DNA from: Hyaloraphidium curvatum SAG 235-1
Taxonomy: Eukaryota; Fungi; Monoblepharomycota
Length of the DNA: 64,000 bases
Direction: 5' to 3'
Assembly (NCBI GenBank): GCA_025558095.1
Contig: JAIVFI010000002.1
Span: forward strand, 806,001 to 870,000
The stretch's first letter is position 1; each line of letters opens with the position of its first letter. A program made the translations under genes and the position numbers. Under the pieces are notes generated by a model. The model saw only the letters and a list, made by a program, of their open reading frames with translations. It made no database searches and was not told the DNA's origin. Shown one piece after another: positions 1 to 12,168 of the stretch.

Positions 1-3000
1 AACCAGACAGGTGCGACGTATTGCAGCCCCGTGTCGCAGCTGTTGTTTAGTGGTGCACCGCCCACACAGGTCCTGAAGGAACTGACCTTGTACTTGGATA
101 CCCCCGACCGAAGGAGTCATAGGGATGAGATCCGAAACGCGTATCGGCTGTTTACTCAGCAGTGGCTCGTCGAATCGTACAAGTTCGCACCCGAGCTGAC
201 GGCCGGTGCGGTGCAGGTGGGCTCTTTCTGTCGCCTGAAACTTCCGTCCACTAACAGCCGTTCCTGCACGAAGAACTTCGCCATGGGGGTCGCTTTAGCG
301 TCGGACGAAAAGGGTGGCACCGGCCCTGGTTCGGTGTCAGCGTTAATGACCGGACTTGGCCTAAACGGTACGTTTCTTTCGAGCATTCGTGTTGCGTCGT
401 AGCCGACGCCCGGAACAGAACCTGCTGCAATGCGGAACGAGACCCTCGCGAAAGTAACCTACCGTTTGGGAGAAGTTTTGTCCGATCGAAAGAGGGCTCG
501 GGAACAAGGTATTCATCCTCTCCCGCCCTCATTATGCTGCTCATCATCGGGACCCTGCTGAAGATTGGCGCGATGTGTCCCGAGACTTGGATGGCTCTTA
601 CACGGCCAACGGGACTTTCCTTTCCTCAGCTGATGCGGCACCTTGGGTCATGGAACGAGCAGCCTGCCTGCTTATTGCGTCTCGAAAGGTGGGTGCTGTG
701 CCTGTCCCGTGCAAGCAGTGCCTCAACGGTGCTGCCCAGCACGATTTGCATCTTCTGCGCGCCGTGGCTTGGATCCCTCTTCGAACCTTTAGCGCTTCGA
801 GCTTGTCGTCGGCCTCCCTTTTCTGGAATAGCCTGATTGCTGCGCGTCCAGAGCTGGAGTCGGCGCTTCTTGCGGAGTTCGCCAAAGCTTGGGAGGCTCT
901 GCGTCGGAATAAGGCGGGGCCTTTCGGCTCCGCTTGGAGGTGTGTTCGCATCATGCGTGGGGAAAGCTGGACTGACGGCTTGGGAGCAGCGCGAGCAAGC
1001 CTACCATGTCGCCGATGATGTTCACCCCCTCAAGGAGCACTCCGAGGCGGTCGACGAGCGGCGACTCGCCCGGCGTCATATGGTTGCGTTTTCTTTCCAG
1101 CAGATTGCATGCCTCTATATGGGAGAACTCGTCCTTGCAAGGGTGGTATCAGAAGCTCATCCAAATGGGACTCGAGAGCTTTGCGGAAGAAAGGTGGGGC
1201 TTTGACGTTTGTGGAGGCGTTGGGGGATGCACGGAGTCATCACCATCGGGACTCGTGCAGGATCCACCACATTGACAAAAGGGCTCTTTCGTTGGTGCTT
1301 CAGTCGGCCACACTTCTGTTGGAGGCGCACGCGCGCTCTCAACGGCGCTGGAGCGTTTCTGCTACAGCGTTGGAACAGTACCTGTGGGAGGGAGTTTTGG
1401 CCTGGTTGTGTCGAATGTCGGGGTTCGTACACGGCCCGTTCTCTCCCCGGCATTCGCTGAACTAGTTTGCAGGGGAATCGATTACTTCCAGCCGGACCTG
1501 GAAATCGAGGCTGCAGATTTCGTGGCCTTGATGCAACCTTTCATCAATTTCCAATCTTCGGACGCCATTAAGCAGCCACTGGAGGTGCGGCCATTGAGGC
1601 CCATGGCACAGAAGCAAAGCAGGTTGATGAACCTGGTCTTTGACCCGATAGGTGTGGTTGTTCGTGACGGCCGCGCTCGGCAGGTGGTGACTCTCGGTGC
1701 AGGGTCCTCCAAGCGGAGCGATCTCTTGACTCTTGTTTCCCAACTTGCCTTGGACGAAGTGGAACGGTTGGGAGCGTGGATCGACCCCCTTAGGCAGCGC
1801 AAAGCCCCAACGATTGCAGGGTTGCAGGCAAGTCGTCCACTTCACGGCGTACCGGGAGGTCGAGCTTAGCATTCTTTCAAGGTCTCGGAAGCTTCTCCCG
1901 ACTTGCTCGATGTGTGCTGGACGGTCGGACCGCAAGCTGTCTTGGAAGTGCTTTCACGCTTTCGCACCACAGCTGGCCAGTTTGCGGGCGCGATCCTGGG
2001 GTCCCTTGCTGGATATGCTGTCGAGCCCGACGTGCTCGGTGTCGTTGATGAACGGATGGGCGCTGCCAACTCCAAGATTCGGCTTGCATTGCGGGTGAGC
2101 CGAGGCTCGCGGTTGCAAGCGCTACGGAATGACTTAACTTGCATTCCGCAGACGCTTACCGCGTTGACTGCTATTCCTCCAATAAGCGCCCTGGCCCTTC
2201 TAACGAGGACTTCGAGTCCCTGGCTTCTCCAGTATTGCGCAAGGACCTTGTCGCACTACTCCACGGACTCGCTATTCTTCTACGTCCCACAGTTCGTTCA
2301 AGCTCTCCGGCGAGATAGACTCCGTGCGTTCAAATCGGGGCAGATGACCAAAATTGCCCCTGACGTTCCCACGCAGGCTACATCGAGGAGTTCATTCTGG
2401 AGACTGGGCATGCATCGCAGCTGTTTGCACATCAGATCATTTGGAACATGAATGCCAACATGTTCAAAGACGATGACAGCAAGCAGGTGCGTGTCCTTGT
2501 TGGGAGCTATTGGATCTCGTCTCATTCCCCATGTAGCCAGATCCTATCTTGAAGCCGGCCTGTGATCGTCTGATCGAGAAGATAGTCGAAACGTTCTCCG
2601 TTACCGACCGAGAATTCTACGAGCGCGAGTTCTCCTTCTTCAACGAAGTGACCGGAATCTCGGGAAAGCTTAGACCTTACATCAAGAAGAGCAAGCTTGA
2701 AAAGAAGGTGCGGAAGTGTGCGTTGCATGCTCGCCATATGGTCTCACATTGCAGTGCAGCACAAGATCGACGAAGAACTGCAGAAGATCAAGGTGCAACC
2801 TGGCGTTTACCTTCCCAGCAACCCGGACAGCATAGTCGTGGACATCGACTACGATTCTGGGAGGCCGCTTCAGAGCCACGCCAAGGTGGGACCGTGTCCG
2901 CCAAAGGTGCGCTAGAGGAGCCTTGTAAACAGGTATTTGTCCAGGCGCCGTTCCTAGCAACGTTCTATGCGACACAGCGGGCCGATTCTAGTATCAAGGG

Positions 3001-4148
3001 ACGCCAAGGGCACCAGGCCGTCACGAAGCAGTCTGCAATCTTCAAAGTCGGCGATGATTGCCGGCAGGACGTTCTTGCTTTGCAATTGATCGCAATGTTC
3101 AAGTCAATCTTCGAGTGGCATGGTTTGGACTTGTACCTATTTCCCTACAGGGTGGTTGCTACTGCCCCTGGCGTAGGTCCTTCACGGAGCGGCGCTCCTG
3201 GACCGATGCTGACTACTTGTGATGCGTTCCCTCAAGTGTGGCGTGATTGACGTGATCCCAAACGCGATTTCGAGAGATCAAATGGGCCGCGAGAAAGTCA
3301 ACTTTCTCTATGAGTGAGATGTCGTTGCCCGCGATGCTGCGAGGGATCTGACGAAACATGTCAGCTACTTTCTTTCCAAGTACGGCAACCCCGACTCACT
3401 GGGTTTCCTCAAGGCGCGAAGCGCTTTTGTGCAAAGCCTGGCACCGTACTCCGTTATCCTCTACATCCTTCAGATAAAGGACAGGCACAACGGCAACATC
3501 ATGTTTGACCAACAAGGACACATCCTTCACATTGGTTGGTGCCCTCTGCAGCAGCACCCTGGTAGCAAGTTGTTGACTTCCCCACGCCCCGCAGACTTTG
3601 GGTTCATCTTTGACATCGCACCTGGAGGCATTCGCTTCGAGAGTGCACCTTTCAAGCTGACCACGGAAATGGTCAGCATCATGGGGGGCAGCCCAGCTGC
3701 GGAGCCATATCAGTGGTTTGCAGAACTCTGTGTGCGTTCCTTCCTCGCCTGCAGGTGGGTAGTTCAAATAAGCCTGGAAGAACGTGTTCACGAGCCCTCT
3801 TTTGCAGACGGTATGCTGCAGAGCTTTTGCAAATGGTTGAGTTGATGATTCCATCGGAGCTGCCGTGCTTCAAAGGTGGTTCCGCTTGTGATTAATCGTA
3901 CGCAGAGAACCTAAGCCTTCTTTTCCAGGCAAGACCATACCTGCTATGCTTGACAGGTTCCAGCTGCAGCTCTCGGAGCGTGGGGCTGCCGACCACATGC
4001 TTGAGTGCATCAGGCAGTCTAACCAGAACACGCGCACCGTGCTTTATGACGAATTCCAGCGGTGGCAAAACCAGATACGTAAGTTTCTCTCTATTCAATC
4101 AGTTCGTGGGCAGCCATTAATTCTTGCATGCCAGCCTATCATCGGTGA
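1..4148 (+). CDS. STT4: Phosphatidylinositol 4-kinase alpha (5' partial, multi-intron)
   Basis: Spliced exons give [69 protein letters not shown] and FESAPFKLT; ends QNQIPYHR*. Confidence 0.95.
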
Positions 4149-4815
4149 TGATATCTGTAGTCTCGCTTTACCCTAGCTCTCTTGGCCTGCGATCTTTGTC
4201 ATTTCTCTCTGTCATTGCCTGTATACCCTGCCTTCTCCATAGAGTTGAAACGTGACTCCTGTTCCCCCAAAATTTCTTGATCCCAAAAGCTCTGAGGTTG
4301 TATGTATGCACCCATGGCATATATCTTGATGGTGACATCCGCCCCTGCTCCAAACTATGGGTTCACAGTGCGGTTTGCTGTCTTTCTTCCGTTGCCATTT
4401 TCTTCTCCTGGTAGAGCTTGTTGGTGATTTTAGATTTGCGTTTCCACTCGCACATAAAGGAATAACAGATCTGTCCTTGCTTTGTAGCTTGGCTCCTAGG
4501 TAATTTGGATGCAGGCACACACAATTCTATTGTGGCTCAAGCTCCTTGATCAAGCAAACAGCAGCCATAAATTCGGGGGCCCAAGTGTTTCCGGGGATGG
4601 ACTTTACATTGTGTAAGATCCTGCTCGTGCACCGCATCAACCTGCGCACCAATTGCTCTTCAGCACCCACAGCTCGACATAAGACAGATCTTGGAGGCTT
4701 TTGCAACATTTGGTTATAGAGCTGTCAGGAACGAACCCAGTAGGGGCCAGCTGGGCCCTAGTGGACTGCACAACATCGAGGCGGCGCGAGATGTCTATGG
4801 ACATGGAGAAGCAGT

Positions 4816-6154
4816 GAATAGAATAGAATAGTATTGGTGACCCGGACCTGCCCCTGGCTTGGCCGCTGTTACACCATGAGTTTGCTGCTAATTGCAAAGT
4901 TCATCGTCGTCGTGTGTCTTTTTCATTTTCCCAGTTTTCCTGTCCTTCATGGACTTTGAGATGAAGCTGGCAATGGAGTTGAGGGCCTTCTCCTTCTGCT
5001 GCCTTGTTTTGATCCTGGGCTCGAACTCCTTGATGCTAAGAGCCCAGAGCCAGGTCTCCATGTTCCACTCGCGGCCTAGTGCTTCCAATCTAGTCTGCAG
5101 CTTCTGGCGCCGCTCCGCATTTGCTGAACAGTGAAACAGAAAGTGTTGTTCGTCTCCAATGTGCTCAGGGTCATGCTTGCACGTTCTCTGCTGCACCTCA
5201 AGTCCTTGGTGCCTGCCTGTCTCCACCTCCAGGTCGTGGGTAGAGCAGAGCAGCTTCTGGACGTCCCTCCGGTGCTTCTCCACCCGGATCAGCGACAGTG
5301 CAATGTGACCAAAGGTCATGTCACACATCCTCCAGAAGTGCAGCTTGTCATTGTCCTCGAGCTTCTGGGCATTGATCTCCCTGAACTTGCCCTTCACAAG
5401 ATTCTCCACAGTCTCCTTGGGCCATGAGAAAGTGTCCTTCTCCCACATCTCCCTCCCATCTTCGCCGCCATAGTATACAAGTAGCTCCCTCAGGAAGGCA
5501 GCCCAGTTCCAGGACCCCTTCAGTGCCTCGATCTTGAGCTCTTTGTAAAGTAGGTACAGTGCAGGATCCGCTGTTTTGATGCGCATGAGGAACTTGAGTG
5601 CCGACTCGTGGTCATGAACTGCAAGGGGGTACTGGCCAGTGATCGCATACAGACAGGCCAGGGAGGTAGACTTGCGCAGATGAGTGACGGCACGAAGAGC
5701 CATGCATGACACTTTGTCCCTGGTGCTTTCCCCGGCAAGGTACTCCTCCTTCGGCATCTCAACAGTGAACGGGTTCCCATATTGGCCCACTGCCTTGACC
5801 TTTGTGTTGCAGAGCTTGAGCTGGAGGTCAGGACTCATCCCAGGCTGCTCCCTGATGTCACGGAGCCAGAGCCCATAAGCAGCATTCATCTTGGCCTCTC
5901 TGCCATTCACATGGTCCTTGCTCCGGCCGGTTGAGGTCAGCTGATACCCCAGAAGCTTCAAGCTGTCGACCCTCTTCAGCTCCTGGCCCCTGTACAAAAG
6001 CTTTGCACGGTGGGGTATCCTCCTGGCCATCCACTCTGTTTTGCTGACGTTGATCTCCAGCCCATTGCATTGGCATGTGCAGACAAAAGATCCAGCTGCA
6101 TCTATCTTGGCATCCTTCAGCGTCTTCGAGATCAAAGTGGTGTCGTCTGCAAAG
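4816..6154 (-). mobile_element. Non-LTR retrotransposon (LINE), 3' half, copy A
   Basis: RT C-terminal part from FADD on; C-terminal HxLExETGR...C...DEQHFLFHC motif; stop at 4888; short 3' UTR and (TATTC)3 tail at 4816-4830; 4-bp duplication frameshift near 6105. Confidence 0.9.
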
Positions 6155-6378
6155 TGTTGGAGTGGCTATGGGGCGTGGGGAATACGTAGCCCCAGTGGTC
6201 TGGACCGGGTCTGAACTCAGATGGACGGGATGGGGAGAGCGACAGTTTCACGTTGACCCGTTGTCCATTCCCTTGTGATGACAAGTCCCTAGATGACCCC
6301 TCCGGTCGTACCCAAGTATCCCCACACGCCAATAGACTCCCTATTGATACAGAATTGTAGCAACAATCCATTCCAACA
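6155..6378 (-). repeat. 3' LTR of Ty1/copia element (224 bp)
   Basis: TGTTGGA...TCCAACA inverted termini; on the minus strand it directly follows polypurine tract GAGGGGGAG (6379-6387). Confidence 0.85.
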
Positions 6379-8550
6379 CTCCCCCTCGTTGCACGATTCC
6401 CTCCAATGCATGATCAACAACGTAGCAATGCATAGGTTTTAACACTCCCCCTCGTTGGAAAGTTGTCTCCCAGTTATGTTCTCCAGTTGCTATCCAGTTG
6501 CAAACATCAAGTCGCTTTCAATACTCCCCTCCTGTCAAGGATCCCTGAGAAATCTCCAGTTTCACTTTCAAATCTCCACAAATCTCCGAAGTGCTTTGAA
6601 ATGCTCAAACTTAGCTATCCACTTTTGGTCCTTCAAATTCAGTCATTTGCATCACAGTGTTATGCACCTCTTGCTAGTTTCCTGCACACAGACTGGTTCT
6701 GCCTCGTTGCACATTGCTCAGATCCTTCTGCTGATTCTAAAGCAAAGCTCAACAGTCCCATTGCATGCGTGGTTTCTCCAGGTCCTTCCACCTGGTCAGT
6801 TTCCACCATTCCAGAGTCTTCCTAGAATATCTGGCTCTTCCATTGGTCACATGCTCTCCTCCTTTAGAGTCCATCCAGTTGTCCTTCAAGCTTGTTGGCA
6901 AAGCACTCTGATGATGTCCTTGCAACACCTCCTCCACGTGTCCCGTGTTGACAGGATCAAAAGCACATCTCCCAAAAAGTGATTCACCAATAGCAAGTCT
7001 CCCAGAAAGTGAGTCACCCTTCATCACTCCCCCTGAATCGCTTTCTTCTGCTCCTTCCAGGAATGGGTCGTTGCCTGTACAGTGCCCAAGAACATCTGTA
7101 TCACCAATACCCTTTGTCTCTGGTTCACCACCCTCAGGATCCGGTTTGTTGCAAGCATCAGATCTCACAGACTCTCCATGCAGCTCCACCTCCTCCTGAA
7201 TCATGTCTGGTTCGGAGTGATCTTCCATCAAAATGTCCCTGTCAAGTTCGCAAAGCAGCTGTCCATTTGCATCTTTAGTCTCCTTTCCCAAGTCAGCAAC
7301 AAAATCTGTTTCAGCATCTCCATTCTGAACCAAATTCAAATCCCCCTGGTTATCCGGCATGTTCAAATCGTCTTGCATGAGTGTCTGCTGCATCCCTCCA
7401 TATGATGCGTCCAGAATCTCAGCTCTGCTGAAAGTATTTTCACTTCCAGAGTCAGACCCTCCACTGGTCAGCCCACAGGCATCATGTCCTTCCAAATCAG
7501 AGCCTCTAGCTCCCTCTGCAAGGTATGGATCGTATTCCACGATCTCTGCGTTCATTTGATACGCGCCATTGCGCAAACACAGTGTTCCCATGAATTCTCC
7601 CTCTGGGGAAACCATCTGGCCACCTTCCGGGCTCAACAACACCTGAAATCCCATCATCACCATGCTCTCAATCGATGGCAATGCTCCAGATCGATCCCCA
7701 ATGTTTGCATCCTCCATCAAAGTGATGATCTTCCCTGTCAAGAACCTCAGTTTTGTCGTCTGAATACCGCCCGCAGTCGCCGATCCCTTCGCGGTCCCAA
7801 AGTCACGTAGGCCACAAATATCCTCTCCAGAGAGTGGTTCTTCGACCTCCAACACGTTCCTAGACGCGTTATCTTCCTCCATGGTCCTGTCCCCGAGAGC
7901 ATTCACGTGTGCTGCCTTCCTGGAACCCTCCAGCAGTTCGCGCTCCCGTTCCTCTCCTTGGAACGCGTTCTCCTTCCAATCCTCGAGTCCCAGTGCCACT
8001 ACCGTATCCACGAGGTTCTCCTTGATCAGATCATCGTCCAGGGTAAGCTCCATCTGCTTCTCCTCACGCGTTCTGGTCTCCGCGATCCTCTGACAGAGTG
8101 TCTCCCAGTGTCCAGGTTCCCCACACCGAACGCCAGCGTTTCCGTGGTGTATGCAATTCCTGTCATAATGTCCATCCTCTCCACACATGTAGCAGATGTT
8201 TCCCGACGCGTTACTCGCGTTTCCATACCATTGATCACGATGTCTCTCCACACGGTGTCGTTTCTGACCTCTGACACGTCTCCCGTCACCATCTCGGCCT
8301 CCCTTGGATGCTCCTCCATCTGCTCTTCGAGTTTCCATGGTCGATTGTGCTTCTGGCACTCCTCATTGGCGCTCCGTCCCGCCGTGCCGTCAGAAGTGTC
8401 CCAGAGTTCGCTGTTCCTCGCAAAACAATTTCCTCTCCAGACCGTCCCAGATCTCTCTAGCAGTGTCCACAGAGAAGAATACACGTTGAAGTCCCCTTGG
8501 AAGAGTCTCCAGGATCAATCCCTGTGCTTTTCCATCGCAAGCTTCCCGTG
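6155..8550 (-). mobile_element. Internally deleted, non-autonomous Ty1/copia retrotransposon
   Basis: Copia gag motif DGKAQGLILETL...TAREIWDGLERK (~8430-8548); zinc knuckles CYMCGEDGHYDRNC and RCGEPGHWETLC; post-protease-like LPSIESM..GFQV...RNGAYQM; no integrase or RT recognisable; PPT and LTR present. Confidence 0.8.
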
Positions 8551-8559
8551 CTGCGCGCG

Positions 8560-11500
8560 GCTAGGAAAACGAGACTCGGACATGCCTCAAGATACTGTAC
8601 CAAAACGTCGAGCAGAAGCTCGAGAAGAGCCTCTTTATACGTGAGCTGCTGCTACACATTGTAGAGTACGATATCGTCGTTTTCGCTGAAGCAAGGTGGA
8701 CGGACAAAGGCGAGAAGCGGACTTGGGAGGAGCATATGAGCAACAACGACATCCGCGCAGAGGTTGCCGCGGTACTGGAAACGTTCGAGGTTTATGAGAA
8801 GAGCTGCTCGGAGCATGGTGGAGGAGGGTTGACGGTCTTTGTGCGAAAGGAGCTACCGCACACCGTACGGACAGACTTGGACCCGATCCTGGACGTCGTG
8901 CAGATCCAAGTCGGCGGAGTGAATGTGCTGGGGGCGTACATACCGCCGACGCCAACGCAGGACATACTCACACAGGACGAGATGTGGTCGAGGTTCTCAG
9001 GGATTGTGGCTGGGTGCGACATGCCGATCGTGATCGGGGACCTGAACGCACATGTGGGGATAAGCGAGGCAAACAGCGACGTGCGTGGCACGAGCTTCGG
9101 AAAGCGTGTAATCCGGTCGGAGCAGCGCACGGATCGGAGGGGGAAACAGCTACTTGCACTGTGCCACGAGGAGGAGCTGGTGATCCTGAATGGGCGCCTC
9201 GAGCCGGGGGCAACAACTCGCGCAGGAAAGGATGGCGAGCGGGACAGCACCTTGGACTACGCAATCGTGCCGCAGAGCCGCTACGGGACGGTCACCCAGC
9301 TTGCATTTGTGAAGGAAGGCTGGGTCGTCACCTCAGACCACATGGCACTGAGCCTGACCATCAAGGTTAACCTTGTGCGACCAGCTGCGAAGGAGAACAA
9401 GCCGCACGGCAAGCCCGTGCCGTGCGACTTCCACTTCCTTGCAATAATGCAAAACCTCTACGACAAGCCCTGGGTCAAGGAGGCAATGCAAGAGTACGAG
9501 CAACTTCAAGCTGGATCCGACAAGTGCAACCGGCTCATCCAGATCATGGCAGCGGTGAACAAGGTCGCGAAGAAGAAGTACGACAAGGTCAGCGTACACG
9601 AAGAGGCGGACAAGTTCCTCAACGGCTTTGCGGACTCGGCAGAGAGGGCCGAGATCGATCGGAAGCTGTCAGCATGCGGTTGCAATGTGAGCAAGCCGGG
9701 TCTAGAACGCGACCCGCTAACCAATGAAGGCGACCCCCTTGCTAGTACGGGGCAACCCCCTTGCCAAAATGACCCGCACCCGTGCCGCGGAGCAAGCCAA
9801 GCAAAAGGGAAGGCGCGCCCGCTGACGAGTGGAAGAAGGAGTACCAAGGGAAGACGCGGGAGCTGGAGAAGGAGCGGAAGAAGTTGGAGAAGAGGATGCG
9901 GAGGGTTGCTGAGCGAGAGAACTCCAAGCTGCTAGAGCGACTCTTCAGGCGAGAGCCTAAGGGGTACTACCAGCTGCTTGGAAAGGCTCACGCAAGGCGC
10001 AAGGGCAACCCCGTGCCCTTTGCAGAGCTGGTGCGCCACATGGAGATGGTCGCCAGCGCTGAGTACGTGACCAAGATCGAGGAGGATCCAAGGCTCACGT
10101 TTCCACCACTTCCCAAGGCCACGATCACGCCTTCTGGAGACCTGCTGCGCCCCATCACCCTCAAGGAGCTGGAGAGGGTCTTGAAGAAGGCCCCCAACGG
10201 CAAGGCAAAGGACGAGGATGGGATCCGGCTCGAGTTCGTCAAGTACGGGACTGCAGTACTGAAGCAAGCTGTTGTCAACCTCCTCAACGACGTGCTCAAT
10301 GGCGTCAAGATGGATGACTGGGGCCAGACACTGCTGGTGATGCTACACAAGAAGGGGCCCAAGAACGTGGCTGGCAACTACCGAGGCATCAGCATAGAGA
10401 GGACGCTGGAGAAGGTCTTCTCCCTGGTCTGGAACGCTCGGCTAGCTCCCTGGGCTGAGTGCAACAAGCTGCTGGAAGGCTCGCAGTTTGGATTCCGTGC
10501 ACGGAGATCGACCCTTCATGCAGTGTTCCTTGCCGAGGCACTCTTCTCCCTGGCCAAGGCACACAAGGAGAAGCTGATCATGGTGTTTGTAGATTTCACA
10601 AAGGCTTTTGACACGGTGGAGCGCCCCAGGTTATGGCAGAAGCTGGAGGAGATGGGTGTACCCAAACAGGTTGTTGACATGTTCGAGATGGCGTTCGGGC
10701 GCGTGTGGGGACGGCTCCGGGATGAAGACGGGACCAAGTCAGACTTCATCAAGTTCCTGACCGGAGTGAAGCAGGGGGACCCTCTCTCGTCGCTGTTCTT
10801 CATCTTGTTCATCAACGACATCACTGCTTTCATGGAGGCCAATGGTGCAAAGGGGATGGATCTGGGCATGGTGTCTGAGGAGGAAGAGGATCAGGAGAGG
10901 ATGGTCAGCTTGCTAGCTCTGTTCTTTGCAGACGACACCACTTTGATCTCGAAGACGGTGAAGGATGCCAAGATGCAGCTGGATCTTTTGTCTGCATATG
11001 CCAGTGCCAATGGGCTGGAGATCAACGTCAGCAAGACAGAGTGGATGGCCAGGAGGATACCTCACCGTGGAAAGCTCATGTACAGGGACCAGGAGCTGAA
11101 GAGGGTTGACAGCTTCAAGCTTCTGGGGTATCAGCTGACCTCAACCGGCCGGAGCAAGGACCATGTGAATGGCAGAGAGGCCAAGATGAATGCTGCTTAT
11201 GGGCTCTGGCTCCGTGACATCAGGGAGCAGCCTGGGATGAGTCCTGACCTCCAGCTCAAGCTCTGCAACACAAAGGTCAAGGCAGTGGGCCAATATGGGA
11301 ACCCGTTCACTGTTGAGATGCCGAAGGAGGACTACCTTGCCGGGGAAAGCACCAGGGACAAAGTGTCATGCATGGCTCTTCGTGCCGTCACTCATCTGCC
11401 CAAGTCTACCTCCCTGGCCTGTCTGTATGCGATCACTGGCCAGTACCCCTTGCAGTTCATGACCACGAGTCGGCACTCAAGTTCCTCATGCGCATCAAAA

Positions 11501-12098
11501 CAGCGGATCCTGCACTGTACCTACTTTACAAAGAGCTCAAGATCGAGGCACTGAAGGGGTCCTGGAACTGGGCTGCCTTCCTGAGGGAGCTACTTGTATA
11601 CTATGGCGGCGAAGATGGGAGGGAGATGTGGGAGAAGGACACTTTCTCATGGCCCAAGGAGACTGTGGAGAATCTTGTGAAGGGCAAGTTCAGGGAGATC
11701 AATGCCCAGAAGCTCGAGGACAATGACAAGCTGCACTTCTGGAGGATGTGTGACATGACCTTTGGTCACATTGCACTGTCGCTGATCCGGGTGGAGAAGC
11801 ACCGGAGGGACGTCCAGAAGCTGCTCTGCTCTACCCACGACCTGGAGGTGGAGACAGGCAGGCACCAAGGACTTGAGGTGCAGCAGAGAACGTGCAAGCA
11901 TGACCCTGAGCACATTGGAGACGAACAACACTTTCTGTTTCACTGTTCAGCAAATGCGGAGCGGCGCCAGAAGCTGCAGACCAGACTGGAAGCACTGGGC
12001 CGAGTGGAACATGGAGACCTGGCTCTGGGCTCTTAGCATCAAGGAGTTCGAGCCCGCGATCAAAGTGAGGTGGCAGAAGGAGAAGGTCCTCAACTCCC
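8560..12098 (+). mobile_element. LINE copy B: APE endonuclease + reverse transcriptase (RTE-X-like), frameshifted, 3' truncated
   Basis: APE motifs LKILYQNVE, DIVVFAE, IGDLNAH, TLDYAI, SDH; RT motifs YRGIS, QFGFR, VDFTKAFD, GVKQGDPLS, FADD, GLEINVSKT, LLG; frameshifts near 9670-9830, 11447 and 12001; clade call is inference. Confidence 0.92.
9667..9827. mobile_element. Putative 161-bp insertion with short inverted termini in LINE B
   Basis: TGTCAGC...GCTGACG ends; exact removal restores the frame (DRK-Q-WKKEY); no clear TSD. Confidence 0.45.
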
Positions 12099-12104
12099 TC
12101 GTGT

Positions 12105-12168
12105 GCTGTAAGCTGCCATCTAATGCGCTCGCAAGCGCTGTAAGCTGCCATCTAATGCGCTCGCGAGC
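12105..12168 (+). repeat. 32-bp tandem duplication
   Basis: GCTGTAAGCTGCCATCTAATGCGCTCGC(A/G)AGC x2 at the LINE B breakpoint. Confidence 0.95.
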
